A stretch of 64,000 nucleotides of DNA from Candidatus Parcubacteria bacterium (GTDB lineage Bacteria > Patescibacteriota > Patescibacteriia > CAIXNZ01), in NCBI GenBank assembly GCA_026395685.1, contig JAPLYG010000008.1, forward strand, positions 15,225 through 79,224, given 5' to 3'. The position numbers and the translations under genes are program-made. Positions 57,092 to 64,000 of the stretch are shown here, piece after piece; position 1 is the stretch's first letter; each line of letters starts with the position of its first letter. Under the pieces are notes generated by a model. It was not told where the DNA came from and made no database searches. It saw nothing but the letters and a program-made list of their open reading frames with translations.

Positions 57092-58855
57092 CTATAAACA
57101 CTGACCTTTTACCGCAGAAATATTAATACATTGTTTGCATGTGGCGATACATTCTCTGTAGCTATAGCATGACGGGCTAATAGAATTACCATCTAAACAT
57201 CGATATCCGTCGCAACTATCAGTCGCATAAGTATATGGATCCGAACGACCAGCGTCCGGCCAAACCATATTTATGCCTGTACATTTAACTACGCAGGCTC
57301 CGTCATTACAGCCATTGGGGCATAAGAATCTTTGAGTGTTTTTTGTATAGTCTGTTTGGCTATTACATACAGTTTCAATTAAAGCAGTATTATCACAACT
57401 ATCATATTGCTCCAAAACATCAGGATTATTGGCATATATTATAGTTCCTTTTAAATAATAATCTATCCCGCCATCAGTATCTCGGCAGGTACTCACCTTC
57501 ACTGACGGCGTTTCTGGTACAACAGTTACAGGAGAATCTTCGGGAGTGACAATCAGAGACGGGGTTTTAGGAGTGATTGTCACAGGTTGCGTTTCGAGTT
57601 TACCCGGTCCATTCGGGTTATAGCCTTTCTCAATTTCTTCTTTATCTGGGTAACCGTCGCCGTCAGTATCAGGCTTTAAAGGATCAGTTCCATAAGTAGC
57701 TTCATAAGCATCTGGCAGTCCGTCAAGATCAGAATCCAGCATTGTTGAGTTGCCTTGCATCAAGCTCATGACTTTATCAATAACCTCTTTTAGTGTCATT
57801 ACATTTTCCGGTTCGGTAATGTCTATTTTCTGGTTAAAATCGGAAAACTCCTGCGTAAACTCCAAGCTGCCGACTTTCTTTTCAGCAGAATTAATCTCGC
57901 TGATCGCAGTATATTTATATAAAAGCTTATCCTTTTTTCCAATCCACAATTCGCCGGTTAGCCCTGTCACTGTTTTATCAAAATTCTCTGAAAATGTTTC
58001 TATTGCTTTATCAAAATTATCCAACATCTCTTCGGGTAAATTATCCTTAAAAATTGTAACGAATTCGATTAGAAACTTTTTAAACTCCTCTTTATTGAGC
58101 GTATATTTAAAATGGTATGTGTTGACATTATTTACGGCTTCATCCTTCAATTTCTCAACACCAAATAGTTGATATTTATTTATTAATCCTGCGATCTCCT
58201 TCAATTGTTCATCTGTTAGCTTCGTTTCAACTTCACCCTGAGACTTTTCTATTTCTTTAATATAATCTGCATATTGTTTTTCCAGCTCCGCAATATCAAT
58301 TTTAATCCATTGGTTTTCCAGAGAAACCAAATCAGGCGGGAGCATTTGTTTGTAAGCTGCTGGTAATTCCTGCATCCTGAAATAAGGCATTTTATTTACT
58401 ACTTTAACATCAAAAGCATAAGACGTATCAGCCTCGCCCAGGCCTTCGGTTTTGAAAGTTAAGGCCAAGTCAGCTTTCTTATTATTAGCATCCAAATTAT
58501 CTATTTTACCTAAAATATTTGCGTTAAATTTAACCTGATCATAATCAGGCGTAAAATTGAAAAAACCCGTATTAATGCTCCTGTCAGGAGCTAAAATGAT
58601 TATATCGGCATTAATCTTTGTCTGATACGATTTTACTTCTGCCATATTTGCCAACATTTGTTTAACAATATTTTCCGGGCTGTTGATTACCGCATAGTAA
58701 TAATAACCTGCGGAAACAATACCGGCCACGAGCAAGAAAATAACAACCCCCAAGACAATAAATAACACGCCTGACTTTCTTCTTCCATCTTCTGGCATAT
58801 TATAGATGTTTTGCGGATAATTATTTTGGCCAAAATTTGAATTTTGTTCGTTCAT
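57092..58855 (-). CDS. Single-pass membrane surface protein with DxDxDG repeats and Cys-rich C-terminus
   Basis: TM; DSDLDGLPD..E..YGTDP.KPDTDGDGYPD; CRDTDGGIDYYLKG; many Cys. Confidence 0.75.
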   Translation of the reverse strand: MNEQNSNFGQNNYPQNIYNMPEDGRRKSGVLFIVLGVVIFLLVAGIVSAGYYYYAVINSPENIVKQMLANMAEVKSYQTKINADIIILAPDRSINTGFFNFTPDYDQVKFNANILGKIDNLDANNKKADLALTFKTEGLGEADTSYAFDVKVVNKMPYFRMQELPAAYKQMLPPDLVSLENQWIKIDIAELEKQYADYIKEIEKSQGEVETKLTDEQLKEIAGLINKYQLFGVEKLKDEAVNNVNTYHFKYTLNKEEFKKFLIEFVTIFKDNLPEEMLDNFDKAIETFSENFDKTVTGLTGELWIGKKDKLLYKYTAISEINSAEKKVGSLEFTQEFSDFNQKIDITEPENVMTLKEVIDKVMSLMQGNSTMLDSDLDGLPDAYEATYGTDPLKPDTDGDGYPDKEEIEKGYNPNGPGKLETQPVTITPKTPSLIVTPEDSPVTVVPETPSVKVSTCRDTDGGIDYYLKGTIIYANNPDVLEQYDSCDNTALIETVCNSQTDYTKNTQRFLCPNGCNDGACVVKCTGINMVWPDAGRSDPYTYATDSCDGYRCLDGNSISPSCYSYRECIATCKQCINISAVKGQCL

Positions 58856-58906
58856 ATGATAAATTTCATAATTAATTTAACTCTTAGAAGGATTATACTA
58901 CTATTC

Positions 58907-58935
58907 TTGACTAAAATCCACTATTTTGCTATTAT
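58907..58935 (+). promoter_or_regulatory. tRNA promoter
   Basis: TTGACT-17-(TG)TATTAT. Confidence 0.65.
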
Positions 58936-58971
58936 TAAATCAGTTCGAAAGAACTATTTTTATTTTAATCT

Positions 58972-59047
58972 GGGCCGGTAGCTCACCTGGTAGAGCGCCT
59001 CGTTTGCACCGAGGAGGTAGCGGGTTCGAGTCCTGTCCGGTCCACCA
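58972..59047 (+). tRNA. tRNA-Ala(UGC)
   Basis: 76 nt cloverleaf; anticodon stem CCTCG-TTTGCAC-CGAGG; G3:U70; GGTTCGAG T-loop; encoded CCA. Confidence 0.97.
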
Positions 59048-59282
59048 TCATTAGTTCCACCGAAGAGGTGGAATTTTTGTTTTGGGCGGGATGTGCTTGT
59101 TTGATGTGTTTGTTAGCGGTTTTGTTGATGGTGATGCGGTTCGAACTTTGGGTAGACCATTTGGCTGATTTTGGCGAATTGTAGAAATTTTGTGGCTTAG
59201 ATTAGGGGCAAAAGACCTTTTGGTTCGTGGTTCGAACGTTAAGAATGATGAAAATTGTTACTCGTCATTTTAAACCCAAAAT

Positions 59283-59314
59283 ATCCTATTTTGGGATAAT
59301 CCTATAATGGAATA
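59283..59314 (+). promoter_or_regulatory. Putative C-box-like tandem operator
   Basis: ATCCTATTTTGGGATA / ATCCTATAATGGAATA: tandem 16-mers, each quasi-palindromic, 12 nt before the HTH gene. Confidence 0.55.
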
Positions 59315-59326
59315 TATACTTTTTAT

Positions 59327-59545
59327 ATGAACAAATCTATTTATTCCAATGAATACAAAGGAATCATAGAGCGACTAAAAGCCGCTCGTATTGAAGCTGG
59401 ATTTTCTCAACAGGATGTGGCTAAGGAGCTTGGTAAGCCACAGTCTTATGTGTCGAAAATTGAATCTGGTGAAAGACGTCTCGATGTAGCTGAAATGAAG
59501 AAACTTGCCGTGATTTACAAAAAGGAGATTTCTTTCTTTATATAA
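59327..59545 (+). CDS. XRE-family HTH protein, probable R-M controller (C) protein
   Basis: LKAARIEAGFSQQDVAKELGKPQSYVSKIESGERRLD; 4 nt upstream of the nuclease gene. Confidence 0.85.
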   Translation: MNKSIYSNEYKGIIERLKAARIEAGFSQQDVAKELGKPQSYVSKIESGERRLDVAEMKKLAVIYKKEISFFI

Positions 59546-59549
59546 CAAT

Positions 59550-60245
59550 ATGGCTAAACAATCACAAAATTTACTTATCAAAACACTAGAACGCGTTGCT
59601 CAGCTGGCAGATAAGGGGCTTGGTCTTTCAGTTGAAGAAGTGCGAGTATTGATTAGTGATATTACAAAAATCACTAAAATTGTTTTGATTGCTGGAGGTT
59701 TTTCAGAACGTGATGTAACAAGGTTGACTACAAAATTGCGTGATGCGGGTCGACGCTCCCCTCCATGGACACCATATTCCGGTAGAGTACCGGGGAGACC
59801 TCAAGATGGTGCTGATGGAAATCGGCGCTTACGTTGGCTGTTTACAGAGGATCACAAATTTTATGCTGATGAAATTAATGCGACCCTTGTAGAGGTGAAG
59901 TATTATCTTCAGGTTTTATCAATGACGAATGCACCTTTACTGCCAGAAAATACTATTCAGGATAAATTCACATGGCTTGTAAAACATAGAATTATTCCTG
60001 GTGAATATAAAGATCCTATTCAATTAGTGCCCATCGATTTGCGATCCATTCTCTCTGATCTTAGAATTTTGCATTCTGGGCATTTGGTTCCTCTTGATAG
60101 AGGTGGTAGACATGAGCCTAAAAATACGTTCTTGGTTTTGGCCAGAAGCAATCAATTACAAGGTAATTTAACACTCGCTGAATTGCTTGTATTAATGAAC
60201 CAAATTGTTGAAAAGCACAACCGAGGGGAAGGCGATATTATATAG
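59550..60245 (+). CDS. HNH-type endonuclease, probable restriction enzyme
   Basis: GHLVPLDRGGRHEPKN...SNQLQG HNH signature; between the C gene and the MTase. Confidence 0.65.
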   Translation: MAKQSQNLLIKTLERVAQLADKGLGLSVEEVRVLISDITKITKIVLIAGGFSERDVTRLTTKLRDAGRRSPPWTPYSGRVPGRPQDGADGNRRLRWLFTEDHKFYADEINATLVEVKYYLQVLSMTNAPLLPENTIQDKFTWLVKHRIIPGEYKDPIQLVPIDLRSILSDLRILHSGHLVPLDRGGRHEPKNTFLVLARSNQLQGNLTLAELLVLMNQIVEKHNRGEGDII

Positions 60246-62259
60246 CCAGTGTTTTCTCCAGCAATTCAATTCCAAGAGAAAGATTATCTATTGATTTTTG
60301 ACGCTCTTTTTCTCCATTTCTAATTGAGTTAACAATTTGTTCGAAGATTTTTTTATCTTTAGGAACAGGAATTTCTAATTTTCCGATATATTCAGGTGTG
60401 ATCTCATCGATCACAGAACCATAAACGCCACGGGCTATTATTTCTTGGGCGTATTTTGTTTTTAAAAAAGCAAATAGATACTCTGGGGCTAATTTATTTT
60501 TATCAGGCACTATTCTTATTACATGTTCAGAAAAAGCAAAACCATCCCATGCGATTGGAACGGTGGAAACAATGCCAACCGACCCGCTTCTTGTAATTAG
60601 TATCCAACCTTCTTTTACCTTTAATTCATCGACTTTGGGGCTATTTATTCCAATTCGTTTTTCTGTCCTTAATAATAACTGCGATATGTTTGTACCACCT
60701 AAAAAAGGGATTGAATCCACATCATTATTTACATAGTTCCGAGCAAACCTGCCAGGATAAAATATCTTACCGACAACATCTTTTACTTTAATATAATCCC
60801 AATCTTCATTTTTTTTATTATTACTAAAATGTTCCTGATTTATTTTATGAGATCGATAAAATCTGGCATCTAAACGTAAGTGTTGTTCATTCGCAATTTT
60901 TTCTGGGGTAATTACGAAACTTATCGATGAATTTTGTTCAATTTCTTCACCAGCTAAAAATGCAGAAAAATCTTTTTCAATAGTTGGAAAGTCTGTAAGA
61001 ATTTGATCGGTCGTAGAGCCGTCCTCAGCTTTTTTGTAAGTGGGATTTCCTCGTCGATCGTGTCCAATCCATTTTGGGGTAGACATGAATATTTTGCCAT
61101 CTTTGGATAAATCTACACTATCTAGAGCTTTTTCTCTTCTTTTTAGTACAAGTAGACTTGCCTTTGTCCCCGTGTGTGGCTGAAAAGTTTCTGGAGGCAG
61201 ATCAATTACCGCTAAAATCTCAGCGTGTTTCAATATCCACTGTCTTACAAACAATGTTTGTGGTCCAGACACGATTTGATATGGCACTACTATAGCAAGC
61301 CGCCCTGTTCCTGGTCTCAGTAATTTAATATTCTGTTCGATAAAGAGAATGTCTGGTGCTCTTTGGATAATTCTTGATTCTTCACCAAAAAGACCTTCTC
61401 TTGTATAGGTTTTTGCGAGTTCGTAACCCCCAAGAATTTCCGCATCTTTTATTGTTATTTTTGTGCCAAATGGTGGATTAGTCGCTAAACACAAATGAGA
61501 GTTATATTTTATATTATTGTTTGAGCCAAACACACTTTGGAGTATGGAATCACCACGATTAACTAAAGTAGATTTCGGCAATCCAAGCTGGAAAGCTATT
61601 GTTGAATTTGCTATATCAGCAAGCTCTTTATCAATTTCTTGCCCTAACAATGCTTTGCCTGCGATCTTGCGGGCTTTTTCTTCATTACCGTTAGCTAATT
61701 CCTTAATATGTTTTAATGCGGCAATTAAAAATCCGCCTGTTCCAGCACATATATCAATAAAATCATCTCCGTTTAAGGGATTAAATTGAAGCAATTTAAT
61801 CGCAAGTTGTGTAACTTTTTGATCTGTAAAAAATTGTCCTCCATTGGATTTCGCCCAATGAGATCTAAAAATTTCCATCGCGTCACCAAATACATCTCTT
61901 TGTGTTGTTGTGATTTGTATGTCGCATAATTTCCCACAAACAAATGCAATATTTGAATCCGTTAAATTAATATCATTTTCTGACTCATAAAATCTGGAAA
62001 GATCATTTGCATTTTTAAAACTTTGACGAATTAAAATTGCCACTTGTTTAATTATGTCTTTATCGTTTTCAAATTTGTTCTCCTTCAGTAATAAAAATAT
62101 TGCAGGCTTTTGCTTCTCATGTTCTTCAATATATGCCAATGATCGTAAAATTTTACCAACCTCTTTTGCTATAGCAGTTGGTATTCTAACGGGAGAATTT
62201 GCATATAAGTGATCGTATATTTGGTTGATCCTTGATTCGAGGTGAATGATTTTATCCAT
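60238..62259 (-). CDS. N6-adenine DNA methyltransferase (HsdM-like) fused to a single HsdS-like TRD
   Basis: GQFFT, DICAGTGG, GQEID, TNPPFG, IDLPPETFQP, RLDARFY; C-terminal ILITRSGSVG...PEYLFAFL...LEIPVP. Confidence 0.88.
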   Translation of the reverse strand: MDKIIHLESRINQIYDHLYANSPVRIPTAIAKEVGKILRSLAYIEEHEKQKPAIFLLLKENKFENDKDIIKQVAILIRQSFKNANDLSRFYESENDINLTDSNIAFVCGKLCDIQITTTQRDVFGDAMEIFRSHWAKSNGGQFFTDQKVTQLAIKLLQFNPLNGDDFIDICAGTGGFLIAALKHIKELANGNEEKARKIAGKALLGQEIDKELADIANSTIAFQLGLPKSTLVNRGDSILQSVFGSNNNIKYNSHLCLATNPPFGTKITIKDAEILGGYELAKTYTREGLFGEESRIIQRAPDILFIEQNIKLLRPGTGRLAIVVPYQIVSGPQTLFVRQWILKHAEILAVIDLPPETFQPHTGTKASLLVLKRREKALDSVDLSKDGKIFMSTPKWIGHDRRGNPTYKKAEDGSTTDQILTDFPTIEKDFSAFLAGEEIEQNSSISFVITPEKIANEQHLRLDARFYRSHKINQEHFSNNKKNEDWDYIKVKDVVGKIFYPGRFARNYVNNDVDSIPFLGGTNISQLLLRTEKRIGINSPKVDELKVKEGWILITRSGSVGIVSTVPIAWDGFAFSEHVIRIVPDKNKLAPEYLFAFLKTKYAQEIIARGVYGSVIDEITPEYIGKLEIPVPKDKKIFEQIVNSIRNGEKERQKSIDNLSLGIELLEKTLAI

Positions 62260-62347
62260 AAATATATATTTGAATTGATTACTACTTGAAGTATAGCAGG
62301 CAAATTATGCGCAATGCAAATTTTGCATAAAAGTAAATGTGGACAAG

Positions 62348-62677
62348 TCACTTATTAACTTTATTACATGAATTAATTTGAGAATTCACCTCCTCCACAA
62401 ACTCCTCCACCATAGCCGTATTATCCTTCAGCCAGATATACCAAAACAAGAATAATTCCTCAGAAAGTCGCCAATGCACCCTAAGCCACACCTCCATCTC
62501 CGAGTCCAAAATGCTTGAAATTTGTTTAGAATCAGCCATTTCTTCCTCCGGCTGATGTGCTAAATATTCATCGACTGTCATCCTTTTCTTTACCAACGCT
62601 TTGGTTTCCGGTTCGAATCGCGTTAATGACCCCCCACTGCACGAACGAGCCACTATAGTGGTTCGTTTTAGTTTCAT
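62348..62677 (-). CDS. Hypothetical protein at the islet end
   Basis: 109-aa ORF; no recognisable motif. Confidence 0.35.
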   Translation of the reverse strand: MKLKRTTIVARSCSGGSLTRFEPETKALVKKRMTVDEYLAHQPEEEMADSKQISSILDSEMEVWLRVHWRLSEELFLFWYIWLKDNTAMVEEFVEEVNSQINSCNKVNK

Positions 62678-62746
62678 AAAAATACAAACGATGCTTCATC
62701 CCGCCCCGCACTTGCGAAGCATAGTGCGGGGTCCGGTCCACTGCAA

Positions 62747-62775
62747 GAACGTTCCATGAAAGTGGGGCGTTTTTA
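62747..62775. terminator. Terminator hairpin following the att copy
   Basis: AACGTTCCAT-GAAA-GTGGGGCGTT-TTT; resembles the hairpin at 59053-59078 after the tRNA. Confidence 0.6.
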
Positions 62776-62777
62776 GT

Positions 62778-64000
62778 TCAAATCAATTTTTCCTGCTCAA
62801 AACCCTTCCTTTCCTTGGGACTGAATATCTTAACAGTACCAAAAATCCCATCATAACCAGGCTCAATGAATAATTTACCTTCCCGCACCCGCATAATTCC
62901 TTCAACAATTATAGGTTCAGCTATTTTGATTAATTCCTCACGGCTTAAATCTAATAAAACTTTAAATTCTGAACCGCCTTTTTTGATAATATTAAAATAT
63001 TCTGCCTGGACTCTTTTTGAACCCTTGCCCACATCAAATGCCTCGGCAATAATTTCCTGCAAAGGCACAATGCTTTTATACGGGATATGATTATCTAATT
63101 CACCTTTATCACGATCAGCAATCTCAGCCACGCGATTTAACACACCGATGGTCATAGTTTTTTTACACACCGGACATAAGCCTTTATTCTTTTTTGTCTC
63201 ACTTGGATCCATTACTACTTTACAACTCGCATGACCGTCTAAATGATACTTGCCTTCCTCGGGAAAAAATTCAATTGTCGACAAAAACTTTTTCTTATCC
63301 TGATTTTTTAAAGTATTATAAAATTCATCATAACTTGGGCTCTCCCAATCAAACACATTGGCTTCTCTGCCAAGGTTGGCCAAGGAATGGGCATCGGAAT
63401 TTGAGACCAAAACAACTTTATCCAAAGCTGATAAGCGCCAATTCATAGGAGGATCGCTGGATAAGCCGGTTTCAATGGCAAAAATATTTTTGGCATATTC
63501 GCCAAAACACTCTTCAATAGAATCAAAGCCTGATTTGGAGCCGAAAATGGAAAACCAGGGAGTCCAGGCATGCGCCGGGATAATTATTGCCTTAGGATTT
63601 ATTTCTAAACTGATGCGAGCTAAATCCTTGGCAGATAAACCAATTATCGGCCGACCGTCTGATTTTAAATTACAGCCCATTTTCTCCAAAGTAGAATTAA
63701 AAGCCTCAACATCCTTAATCTCCGGAAAAAAGATATTTACATGAATACGACGGCATTTGTCGCCTTGTTTATAGATGCACGAAATCTCTGTCCCCAGAAT
63801 AAATCTTATATCCCGTTCATCCGAAGAAGCGATTTGCAAATCGCTTCTTCGGATGGAGGAATTTCCTTTTTTTAATGTAAAAAGACCATTACCCAATGGT
63901 TCCAACTGTTCTTTTATATGGCTAAACCAGGCCGGATGAGTAAAATCCCCAGTTGCCACTAAATCAATCCCCTTGTATCCGCACCATTCAGCAATTTTTG
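62778..64000 (-). CDS. Endonuclease Q family PHP-domain protein (5' end lies beyond the window)
   Basis: Frame open to the window edge (KIAEWCGYKGIDLVATGDFTHP); PAHAWTPW, ETGLSSD, SNSDAHS, GKYHLDGH, CPVC, PGYDG. Confidence 0.88.
   Translation of the reverse strand, partial: KIAEWCGYKGIDLVATGDFTHPAWFSHIKEQLEPLGNGLFTLKKGNSSIRRSDLQIASSDERDIRFILGTEISCIYKQGDKCRRIHVNIFFPEIKDVEAFNSTLEKMGCNLKSDGRPIIGLSAKDLARISLEINPKAIIIPAHAWTPWFSIFGSKSGFDSIEECFGEYAKNIFAIETGLSSDPPMNWRLSALDKVVLVSNSDAHSLANLGREANVFDWESPSYDEFYNTLKNQDKKKFLSTIEFFPEEGKYHLDGHASCKVVMDPSETKKNKGLCPVCKKTMTIGVLNRVAEIADRDKGELDNHIPYKSIVPLQEIIAEAFDVGKGSKRVQAEYFNIIKKGGSEFKVLLDLSREELIKIAEPIIVEGIMRVREGKLFIEPGYDGIFGTVKIFSPKERKGFEQEKLI

Larger units (their letters stand above)
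59046..62741. mobile_element. 3.7-kb restriction-modification islet integrated at the tRNA-Ala 3' end
   Basis: GTCCGGTCCAC at 59035-59045 repeated at 62731-62741; R-M cargo; no integrase seen. Confidence 0.7.

Overview
Low-GC chromosomal segment whose gene content (four-subunit PFOR, type-2 IleS, DUF4012, FemX-like protein, archaeal-type Cmk, many single-pass membrane orphans) suggests a Patescibacteria/CPR, Parcubacteria-like genome; the taxonomy is inferred. Housekeeping genes include queA, cca, rluD-like, cmk, rplS, uvrA, porCDAB, secG, rnj, ruvA, a U32/TrhP-like gene, pepA, ileS, an EndoQ-like gene, rnpB and tRNA-Ala(UGC). Five things stand out. (1) A GC-rich cluster of exported proteins at 28.1-35.1 kb has a repeated promoter plus long 5' leader hairpin, near-identical 3' hairpins and a shared C-terminal TTxxTQxIDP tag. 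(2) Almost only the orphan genes carry strong Shine-Dalgarno sites; the housekeeping starts inspected do not. (3) Nested REP-like palindromes and heptamer tracts have entered queA, the U32 gene and the sugar transferase in frame and inflate RNase P RNA to about 600 nt. (4) Two tandem ~1400-aa proteins combine 28-aa repeats, a GDxTxCCM/DNxE domain and a GNAT-like tail. (5) A 3.7-kb integrase-free restriction-modification islet sits at the tRNA-Ala 3' end, bounded by an 11-bp direct repeat. All calls come from reading the sequence; no database searches were run.
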